DNA from: Hyalangium minutum | GTDB lineage: Bacteria; Myxococcota; Myxococcia; Myxococcales; Myxococcaceae | Direction of reading: 5' to 3' | DNA length: 64,000 nt | NCBI RefSeq assembly: GCF_000737315.1 | Contig: NZ_JMCB01000032.1 | Span: 1 to 64,000, forward strand | Shown here: piece by piece, positions 21,243-30,334 of the stretch | Layout of the letters: each line of letters begins with the position of its first letter | How positions within the stretch are numbered: the first letter of the stretch is position 1 | Notes under the pieces: model-generated | The model's database searches: none | What the model was told of the DNA's origin: nothing | The model's input: only the letters and a program-made list of their open reading frames with translations | Program-made: the position numbers and the translations under genes

Positions 21243-23036
21243 TCAGCGCTGCTTCCGCAACTCCACGTCGAACTGGGCCGGAGCGTTGCCGGGGAAGGTG
21301 CTCTTCCACGGCTTGTAGCCCTTCAGGGTCAGCTCGACGGTGATCTCCTCGCCGGGCGGGTAGTTGTTGTCCATGAGCAAGGGCGTGGTGCCCTTGTCTT
21401 CTCCACCCAGCACCACCCGGGCGCCGCTGGGCTCGCTGTTGATGACCAGCGGCGGAGGCTTCGAGGGCTCGGACAGGGCACCGCGCATCGCGCGCTCGGC
21501 GCTCGGCAGCAGGCGCTGGACATGAGGCCAGGCGAAGAAACCGCCCGCTCCGAGTCCTGCCACCACGGCGAGGCGCAGCGCCCACCGGCCCCAGGGCCTG
21601 CTCGGCTTGTGCTCCCAGAACGTCTCCTCGCGGGCCTCGCGCGTCTCGAGCTCGAGCCTCTCCGCCGGGGTCTCCAGCACGCTGGGAGAGGCCAGGAGCG
21701 GCGCGTTTCCGGGCATCGTCAACTCCGAGGCGCAGGCATCGCACGGCGCGTAGGCGGAGGGCAGGGGCGAGCCGCAGCGCACGCAGCGGAAATCCGTCGG
21801 CGGTGCGGCAGGCGCCTCGGCGGGAGCCTGGGGCGGGGGCATGGTCTTCAGGGACGGCTGCGAGGGAGACTTGAGCAGGGTTGGGGCGAGCCCCGGGGTG
21901 GGAGTGCGGGGGACGGGCCCCGGAATGGGGGCGGGGGACACGAGCCGGCCGCTGCTGCTCAGCTCCGAGCTGCCGGCAGGCAGGGCCCACTCGGAGGTGG
22001 GCTCGGGCACCCGGCGTCCTGTCTCAGGTGCGGGCGGACTTGGAGGAGGGGAAGGGGGAGCCGCGACAGCTTGCGGCGCAGCGGCCGGGGCGCGAGCGGG
22101 CTCGGAGGCCTTGGCCGCCTGGGCTTGCTCGAGGAGGGTGAGCGGCAGGTTCTGCTGCGCGAGGAAGGCGGCCAGCGTGTGAGAGGAGCCGGGCTCACCG
22201 GCTCGCGCCAGGTAGCGTCCGAGCGCTTCCGCCATGGCCTCGGGCTGAGGAAAACGAGCCTCGGGGGCCTTCTCGAGCGAGCGCATCACCACCTCGGCCA
22301 GCGGCGCCGGCACCTCCGTGAGCGGAGGCGGAGTGCCACTGGCGATGGCCATGGCGACGATGATGGCCTCGGTCGAGGTGCTGAAGGGGTGCTGGCCGGC
22401 GAGCAGCTCGTAGAGGACGATGCCGAGGGAGAACTGATCGCTGGCGGCGGTGGCGGCGCCCCCGGTAATCACCTCGGGCGCGGCATAGGAGGGCTTGCCC
22501 TTGAAGACACCGGGCTGGGTGCCGTGGGAGACGCCCTCCAGCTTGGCGATGCCGAAGTCGGTGAGCTTCACCTCGCCCTCGCGCGAGATGAGGATGTTGG
22601 ACGGGGAGATGTCGCGGTGGGCCGTGAGCACCGGACGCCCGTTGTGCGTGCGCCGGTAGGCGTGGCTGAGCCCCGCGAGCGCCTGAGCGCCAATGAAGGC
22701 CACGAGGTGTGGCGGGAGGCGGGCGTTGCGCCGCTTCAGGTGGCGGACGAGCACTCCCAGGTCCCACCCGTTGACCAGCTCCATGACGAGGAACAGGCCG
22801 GTGGCGTCATTGCCCACGTCATAGACGCTGACGAGGTTCTGGTGCTGCAGGTGGGTGGCGAGCCGGGCCTCGGCGACGAACATGCTCGCGACGGCCTCGT
22901 CCTTGGCGAGGTACGGGAGGATGCGCTTGATGGCCACGGGCTTCTCGAAGCCCTCGGCGCCGCGGGCGATGCCCAGGAAGAGCTCGGCCATGCCTCCCGA
23001 GGCCAGAGGCCGCACGAGCCGGTAACGTTCGTTCAC
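21243..23036 (-). CDS. Membrane Ser/Thr protein kinase with C-terminal PEGA domain
   Basis: LASGGMAELF, VAIKRI, HRDISPSN, DFG, APE; CVRC..CDAC segment; TM LAVVAGLGAGGFFAW; PEGA INSEPSGARVVL...GTTP. Confidence 0.92.
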   Translation of the reverse strand: MNERYRLVRPLASGGMAELFLGIARGAEGFEKPVAIKRILPYLAKDEAVASMFVAEARLATHLQHQNLVSVYDVGNDATGLFLVMELVNGWDLGVLVRHLKRRNARLPPHLVAFIGAQALAGLSHAYRRTHNGRPVLTAHRDISPSNILISREGEVKLTDFGIAKLEGVSHGTQPGVFKGKPSYAAPEVITGGAATAASDQFSLGIVLYELLAGQHPFSTSTEAIIVAMAIASGTPPPLTEVPAPLAEVVMRSLEKAPEARFPQPEAMAEALGRYLARAGEPGSSHTLAAFLAQQNLPLTLLEQAQAAKASEPARAPAAAPQAVAAPPSPPPSPPAPETGRRVPEPTSEWALPAGSSELSSSGRLVSPAPIPGPVPRTPTPGLAPTLLKSPSQPSLKTMPPPQAPAEAPAAPPTDFRCVRCGSPLPSAYAPCDACASELTMPGNAPLLASPSVLETPAERLELETREAREETFWEHKPSRPWGRWALRLAVVAGLGAGGFFAWPHVQRLLPSAERAMRGALSEPSKPPPLVINSEPSGARVVLGGEDKGTTPLLMDNNYPPGEEITVELTLKGYKPWKSTFPGNAPAQFDVELRKQR

Positions 23037-23054
23037 AGCGGGCCTCCCGAGACC

Positions 23055-23393
23055 TCAGCCCTGGGGCTGGGTGATCTCCCGCAGAAGGGGCCACGGGTAG
23101 ATGCCGGTGCCGTGCCCATCGGTGAAGGTGAGGGTGAGCGCGTAGTTGCCCACCGGCTGCAGGGCCTGGATGCGGATGTCTGCGGGGACGCGGGCCGGAT
23201 CCAGCGTGCGGCGGTTGGTCCACTCATCCACGCAGGCGGCGCAGGGGCACTGCTGGCGCAGCACCTGGGCGCTGGCGGAGGTGCGCGCCCCGTCCTCCCA
23301 CGTGAGGCTCAGCGCCGAGGCATCCGGCGCGAGCTGGACGTCCGTGGCGGAGACGGGCTTGGGGGCGGGCTTGATGCGATCCCAGAAGCTCAA
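23055..23393 (-). CDS. DUF971 / gamma-butyrobetaine hydroxylase N-terminal-like protein
   Basis: LRQQCPCAAC, PVGNYALTLTFTDGHGTGIYPW. Confidence 0.88.
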   Translation of the reverse strand: MSFWDRIKPAPKPVSATDVQLAPDASALSLTWEDGARTSASAQVLRQQCPCAACVDEWTNRRTLDPARVPADIRIQALQPVGNYALTLTFTDGHGTGIYPWPLLREITQPQG

Positions 23394-23469
23394 CGATTCA
23401 CCTTCCGAAGCCAGAGCAGCGTTGCGCGGTGTGTAGCATCCACCGGGGCCTCAGGCGAGGGACCTCGGA

Positions 23470-25176
23470 TCACGAGGCCAGCTTGACCGGCTGGCGGTGG
23501 CCCTCCAGGCGGACGCCCTTCTTCTGGAGCACGGCGCGCAGTGCCGCCACGACTTGAGGATCCAACTGGGCGCCGGTGAGCTTGTCGAGGATCTGCATGG
23601 CCTGCTCCAGTGGCATGGCCTTCTGGTAGGGACGCGTGGAGGTGCACGCGTCGAAGGTGTCCGCGCAGGCGACGATGCGGGCCAGCATGGGGATCTCCTC
23701 GCCCTTGAGCTTGTCCGGGTAGCCGGTGCCATCCCAGCGCTCGTGGTGGCTGCGCACGCAGGAGCGCACCCCGGCGAGGAAAGTCACCGGGGCGATGATG
23801 GAGTCACCAATGGCCGGGTGCTCGCGCATGATGGCCATCTCCGCATCCGTCAGCCGGGACTGCTTGCAGAGGATGGACTCGACGATGCCGATCTTGCCGA
23901 TGTCGTGGAGGATGCCGCCGTACTGGAGCGTCTTGAGCTGGCGCTCGGGGAGGTTCAGCTCCTTGCCGATCTCCACCGCCACATCGCCCACGCGCTGGCT
24001 GTGGCCGCGGGTGTAGGCGTCCTTCGAGTCGATGGAGTTGGCCAGCGCGACGATCGTCTCCAGGTAGCCTTGCTCGAGGCTCTCGTAGAGGCGGCGGTTC
24101 TCCATGTCGTAGGCCATGAGCTGCTTGCTCATGTAATTGAACGTCTGGGCCAGCTCGCCCAGCTCGTTCTTCTGGCGGATGTGCACCTCGGCGCCGAACT
24201 GGCCGTTGGCCAGCTCCATGGCCTGGGCGGTGAAGTTCTTCAGCGGGCGGGTGAGGTTGCGCGAGAAGGTAGCCGCCAGCACGCATGCCACGAGGATGGC
24301 GGCGCCCAGACCCAGGAGGATGCGCTGCTCCATGGCTTCGACTTGGCGGTAGGCCTGCACCACGGGCTGCTCGGAGACGATGCCCCAGTTCACGCCCGGC
24401 ATGTGCGTATAGGCAGCGACGACGGCCTCCTTGCCCGTGCCAAAGTTGCCCACGTGGAAGTGCTCGATGTCCGGGCTCTGGGACTGGGCGATCTGCTGGA
24501 GCAGGTGGGCCACCGGGCCCCGGTGGGAGACGTTCGTCTCACCATTGAGAGCGGTGCCTCCCGCCACGACGTGGCCGTGCTGGTCCGCCACGTAGAAGAA
24601 GCCGCTGGAGCCCAGCCGCTCTTTCTGGATGAGCTTCTGGATGGCCGTGAGCGAGAAGTCCACGGCGATGTAGCCCTTCACCGGATCGCCCAGAGGGAAG
24701 GCCATGGTCAGCACCGGCAGTCCCTGTGGACCCTGGTGCGCCACCTCCGAGTAGCGCACGTCGGTGAGGCCCTCGATCAGCGAAAGCGCGCGGGCTTCGT
24801 GCTCGGCCACGGCGGTGGGCGGAATGTCGTTCACCGCGAAGGCCTGCAGGCCCGGCAGCCGCTCCTTCTGCGGAGAGAAGACGGTGATGGCCAGCACCTC
24901 GCGGCGCTGGATCAGCACGGAGGCCAGCAGGGCGCGCTGCTCCACCTCCGTGCGCGAGAAGAAGGCGGTGTTGGCCAGGGCCAGCACGGGCTGGGTGGGC
25001 TCGGACAGGAGCTCTCCCAGCTTGAGGCGCAGCTGCTTCACGTGCTCCTGCGCCAGCTCCTGGGCATCACGCACCAGCAGCTCACGGGTGTGGGAGACGG
25101 ACAGCCAGCCCACCATCACCGTGGGGATGATGCTCGCGACCAACATCAGCAGGAGGATGGCTTTGAAGAGGCGCAC
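23470..25176 (-). CDS. pmxA: Cache-HAMP-HD-GYP cyclic-dinucleotide phosphodiesterase (PmxA-like)
   Basis: Two TM helices, periplasmic Cache-like region, HAMP (LTRPLKNF...NELGELAQTFN), DAYTRGHSQRV, LHDIGK, HHERWDGTGYP, RPYQ. The symbol rests on recalled architecture and synteny with M. xanthus pmxA. Confidence 0.8.
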   Translation of the reverse strand: MRLFKAILLLMLVASIIPTVMVGWLSVSHTRELLVRDAQELAQEHVKQLRLKLGELLSEPTQPVLALANTAFFSRTEVEQRALLASVLIQRREVLAITVFSPQKERLPGLQAFAVNDIPPTAVAEHEARALSLIEGLTDVRYSEVAHQGPQGLPVLTMAFPLGDPVKGYIAVDFSLTAIQKLIQKERLGSSGFFYVADQHGHVVAGGTALNGETNVSHRGPVAHLLQQIAQSQSPDIEHFHVGNFGTGKEAVVAAYTHMPGVNWGIVSEQPVVQAYRQVEAMEQRILLGLGAAILVACVLAATFSRNLTRPLKNFTAQAMELANGQFGAEVHIRQKNELGELAQTFNYMSKQLMAYDMENRRLYESLEQGYLETIVALANSIDSKDAYTRGHSQRVGDVAVEIGKELNLPERQLKTLQYGGILHDIGKIGIVESILCKQSRLTDAEMAIMREHPAIGDSIIAPVTFLAGVRSCVRSHHERWDGTGYPDKLKGEEIPMLARIVACADTFDACTSTRPYQKAMPLEQAMQILDKLTGAQLDPQVVAALRAVLQKKGVRLEGHRQPVKLAS

Positions 25177-25194
25177 GGTTGGTCATTCCCCGGA

Positions 25195-26097
25195 CTACTT
25201 CCAGTCGGTCTTCCCTACCTGGAGCGCCACCTTGTCCTCGACGATCTCGAAGAGCCGCTCCGTGGAGGCACTCGACTTCTGGATGTCGCTCAGTGCGCGC
25301 ACCGTCCATCGATAACGGCCGGCAGGCAGCGGCGGCAACTTCCACTGCGCGGTAGGGACGGTGCTGCGCACAGGCTCCCCATTCGCGGGAAACACTTCCA
25401 CCTCATAGGACTTGGCGCCCGCCACCGCGTTCCACGCCAGCGTCACCGGCCCCAGGCCGGACTGGCCCTTGACGGGGGGGAACTTGAAGCGGAACCCATC
25501 CGTGGGTGTGCGGGGCTGCGGCGCCACGAGGACTGCCTCGGGGACCGGAGGGGCCTGTCCCTTGGCGATGCGCACCACCTCGCCCGGGTTCACCGGCTGG
25601 GTTTTGTCCTCGGCACGCACGCGTACTGGCGGGCCCGTCTGCACGGAGACGGTGGTGGCGCCGCTCTCCTCTACCTTCACGCTGAAGGTGGACGGCTGGC
25701 CCGCGCCCGGAGAGAGCAGGGCCCATGCGCTGTCCGCCGTCTTCGCCGCGGACACGTAGTCGGCGGCCTGGAAGTGCGTCTCGGCCTCCTGCAGCTTGGC
25801 GGAGGCCTCCTCGCGCCGGGCGGCGTTGCGATCCGCCTGGGCCACCGCCGTGCGGGCCGCGGCCAGCGCGCTCAGGGCGCGGTTGCGATCCTCCGCGGGA
25901 GGCAGCTTCAGGGTGGTGCCCGCGGGCACGGTATCGGACGTGAGCCCATTGAGCGCTCGCAGCTCACTGGCGCCCTTGGGGTCTCCGAGCGCGCGTGCGG
26001 CGACCTGGCTCAGGGTCTCGCGCTCGTTCACCACGACCTCGCGCTCCGGAGGAGGCGTGGCCGCGAGCCAGACAAGGAGGAGGAGGGCGTTGCTCAT
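25195..26097 (-). CDS. Exported LysM-domain protein with FecR-C-like strands and C-terminal FN3-like domain
   Basis: Signal MSNALLLLVWLAA; LysM ETLSQVAARALGD..ELRALNGL..VPAGTTLKLP; FN3-like VTLAWNAVAGAKSYEVEV...YRWTVRA. Confidence 0.82.
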   Translation of the reverse strand: MSNALLLLVWLAATPPPEREVVVNERETLSQVAARALGDPKGASELRALNGLTSDTVPAGTTLKLPPAEDRNRALSALAAARTAVAQADRNAARREEASAKLQEAETHFQAADYVSAAKTADSAWALLSPGAGQPSTFSVKVEESGATTVSVQTGPPVRVRAEDKTQPVNPGEVVRIAKGQAPPVPEAVLVAPQPRTPTDGFRFKFPPVKGQSGLGPVTLAWNAVAGAKSYEVEVFPANGEPVRSTVPTAQWKLPPLPAGRYRWTVRALSDIQKSSASTERLFEIVEDKVALQVGKTDWK

Positions 26098-26579
26098 CGG
26101 AACACGATCTCCCTTCCGGCCTGGACGGTGGCAGCGGGCGTGGACACGGACAGAGACTGGGTGGCCGGTGTCTCGAGCGCCGCGTCCACCTGCCCCTTGA
26201 TGACCGTGAGGTCCGTCCGCTCCTGGCCGGGCCGGAGCCGCGTCTCGGAGATGGCGATCAGCGCGTCCTCGCCCAGGTTCACCATGCCTCCATTGGGGAA
26301 GATGACGCGAGCGCTCGCGCCCGCGGCGGTGCGTACCTTGTCATTCTCGAAGAGAGGCAGCGACTCCTTGGCGGCGAGCCACTCGTCCCCGGTGGCGCGC
26401 TTGAGCTTCACATCGCCGTGCACCTCTTTGAGGTGGGCGCGAGGCTCTGGCTGTCGCGTGGGCGCGGGGGGAGAGGGAGGCGCAGACGGCTTCTCATCGG
26501 CGGAGCAGCCGATGGGGAGAGCCGGGAGCGCAAGGGCAAGGAGCATGGAGGGCCAGCGTCCGTTCACAAGCAGTTTCAA
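26094..26579 (-). CDS. Lipoprotein with N-terminal half of a FecR domain (start may be 26546)
   Basis: Lipobox-like LPIGC; LFENDKVRTAAGASARVIFPNGGMVNLGEDALI...STPAATV; stop overlaps the LysM gene start (ATGA). Confidence 0.8.
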   Translation of the reverse strand: MKLLVNGRWPSMLLALALPALPIGCSADEKPSAPPSPPAPTRQPEPRAHLKEVHGDVKLKRATGDEWLAAKESLPLFENDKVRTAAGASARVIFPNGGMVNLGEDALIAISETRLRPGQERTDLTVIKGQVDAALETPATQSLSVSTPAATVQAGREIVFR

Positions 26580-26639
26580 GGGGAGACAGTCTACCCAGGA
26601 AATGGTCCCGCTCGCACGGGCTGACCCACGGTGCGCTTG

Positions 26640-27443
26640 CTAGTCCAGACGCCGGTGTTGGAGACAGGGCAGGTTGCGTCGGATCCGTGCCAAGAGTTCC
26701 GGATCCACAGGAGCGACCGCCAGGCCCTCGCCTTCCGAGGCCCGCGCCGTCACCAGCCCCCACGGATCCACCACCATCGCGTGCCCATAAGTGATGCGCT
26801 TGTCGGAGTGGCGCCCACCTTGAGCGGGGGCGAAGACGTAGCACTGGTTCTCGATGGCGCGGGCGCGCAGGAGCACCTCCCAGTGGTCCTTGCCCGTCAT
26901 CAACGTGAAAGCCGCGGGCACCGCCAGCAATGTCGCCCCCTCCTTGGAGTGGCGGCGGTACAGCTCGGGGAAGCGCAAGTCGTAGCAGACGGAGAGCCCC
27001 AGCCTGCCCACCTCCGTCTGTGCGGACACCACTTCCGTGCCCGGCGCCACCGCTGCGGACTCCTGGTAGGTCGCACCATCACCTACATCCACATCGAACA
27101 GGTGCATCTTCCGGTAGACAGCCAGGCGCTCGCCCTGTGGCCCGAAGAGGACACTGGTGTTGTAGAGGCGGCCGCCAGGGGCTCCGGCCTCCAGGATGGA
27201 GCCGGCCAGGAGGGTGACGCGCAGCTCGCGCGCCAACTGGGCCATGCGGGAGAGCGTGGGCCCGTCCAGCGTCTCGGCGGCGCTGGGGCGATCAGCTTCG
27301 GAGCCCATCCAGGAGAAGTTCTCGGGGAGACCGACGAGGCGGGCTCCCAACCCGGCAGCCTGCCGGACGAGCCGGGTGGCGGCCTCCAGGTTGTAGGCCT
27401 TATCGGCGGTGGACACCATCTGAGCGGCGGCGATCAGGTGCAT
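26640..27443 (-). CDS. Carbon-nitrogen hydrolase (Nit1-like, deaminated glutathione amidase family)
   Basis: LPENF (Glu), YRKMHLFDV (Lys), SVCYDLRFPELYR (Cys), HWEVLLRARAIENQ. Start at ATG 27443, not the 28490 given in the ORF track. Confidence 0.92.
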   Translation of the reverse strand: MHLIAAAQMVSTADKAYNLEAATRLVRQAAGLGARLVGLPENFSWMGSEADRPSAAETLDGPTLSRMAQLARELRVTLLAGSILEAGAPGGRLYNTSVLFGPQGERLAVYRKMHLFDVDVGDGATYQESAAVAPGTEVVSAQTEVGRLGLSVCYDLRFPELYRRHSKEGATLLAVPAAFTLMTGKDHWEVLLRARAIENQCYVFAPAQGGRHSDKRITYGHAMVVDPWGLVTARASEGEGLAVAPVDPELLARIRRNLPCLQHRRLD

Positions 27444-27600
27444 GGGGGCGTTATAACGCGCTGTTAGGTACTCGGAACCCTTGGGAATCATTGTCCTTGG
27501 GCGCTCTGTTCTAACCCCTGGAGCGGGTGCGTCTTCCTTTACACCTCGTCTGGCCGTGTGGTAGGGGACCCGCCCGACATTTTTCGAAGGCAGTTCCTCG

Positions 27601-27635
27601 AAAAGTGGGCCGCCGTGCCCGCTTTTCTTATTTTT
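27601..27635 (+). terminator. Leader terminator hairpin upstream of rimP (rimP-leader type)
   Basis: AAAAGTGGGC-CGCCGT-GCCCGCTTTT followed by CTTATTTTT, 21 nt before the rimP ATG; GGGC/GCCC core. Confidence 0.75.
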
Positions 27636-27656
27636 GGAGCAAAGGTTTCGATTCGT

Positions 27657-28142
27657 ATGGCGGAGAGCAACTTCAAGCAGACGGTGGAGGAGAAGGCGAT
27701 GAGCCTGCTCGATCCCATCGTTGCGGGCGAAGCGCTTGAGCTCGTCGACCTCGAGTTCGTCCGCGAACGCGAGGGGTGGGTTCTCCGTCTCTTCATCGAC
27801 AAGCCGGGTGGCCGGGTGGGCCTGGACGAGTGCAGCCAGGTCTCTCGCGCGGTGGATCCGGCGCTGGACGTGGAGGACTTCATTCCCCACGAGTACAACC
27901 TCGAGGTCTCCAGCCCTGGGGTCAACCGGCCGTTGAAGAAGCTGGCTCACTACGAGCGGGTGAAGGGGCAGAAGGTCAAGGTGAAGACCTACGGCCCCAT
28001 TGGCGACCCGCCCCGCAAGAACTTCTCTGGCACGCTCACCGAGGTGTCGGGAGAGGAGATTGCGGTCGAGGTGGAGGGGGCGGGCAGCTTCCGCATCCCC
28101 TTCAAGGACATCGCCAAAGCCAACCTGGAGTTCGAGTTCTAG
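27657..28142 (+). CDS. rimP: Ribosome maturation factor RimP
   Basis: LELVDLEF, LRLFIDKPGG, LDECSQVSR, YNLEVSSPGVNRPL, IAKANL. Confidence 0.96.
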   Translation: MAESNFKQTVEEKAMSLLDPIVAGEALELVDLEFVREREGWVLRLFIDKPGGRVGLDECSQVSRAVDPALDVEDFIPHEYNLEVSSPGVNRPLKKLAHYERVKGQKVKVKTYGPIGDPPRKNFSGTLTEVSGEEIAVEVEGAGSFRIPFKDIAKANLEFEF

Positions 28143-28209
28143 TCGTCGACATACAGGGCCCAACCTTTGAGGGGCGGGCCCGTGGACCCTTTCGGAGAAG
28201 ACCCAGACC

Positions 28210-29907
<1,698 letters not shown>

Positions 29908-29927
29908 GCTGAACCACCGGAGGGGGG

Positions 29928-30233
29928 ATGCGCTCGAAGACCCAATCCGGTTCGCAGCAGGGCCCTTTCCCCGAAGGGCCCGTCCGCACCTGCATGGGGT
30001 GCGGCGCCAAGAAGGCTCAAGGGGAGTTGACGCGGGTTGCCCTGGACCCGGAGGGTGAGGTGGTGGTGGACAGGGAGAGGCGGTTGCCCGGCCGGGGCGC
30101 CTACCTCTGCGGTGCCGGATGTATGACGGCAGCGCTCAAACGGAAGGCCTTCGGGCGGGCTTTCCGGGGCAAGGCGGGCAAGGTTGACCCGTTGAAGCTC
30201 GGGCAGGCGTGGGAGCCTGGCTCGAGGTCCTGA
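29928..30233 (+). CDS. ylxR: YlxR / DUF448 RNA-binding protein
   Basis: PVRTCMGCG...LPGRGAYLC; located between nusA and infB. Confidence 0.9.
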   Translation: MRSKTQSGSQQGPFPEGPVRTCMGCGAKKAQGELTRVALDPEGEVVVDRERRLPGRGAYLCGAGCMTAALKRKAFGRAFRGKAGKVDPLKLGQAWEPGSRS

Positions 30234-30334
30234 GGGGTGGGAGGGGGGGTCGGGTGTTAAGGACCACTCGCGGACAATTCTAGATTAGGGTGCTGCGCCC
30301 TCGGGAGTCGGCGGAGCAGAAGGCCAAGCAACGT

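Noticed and set aside
30257-30286. Internal infB promoter (TTAAGG-18 bp-TAGATT)
   Set aside because: The -35 match is too weak to call without TSS data.
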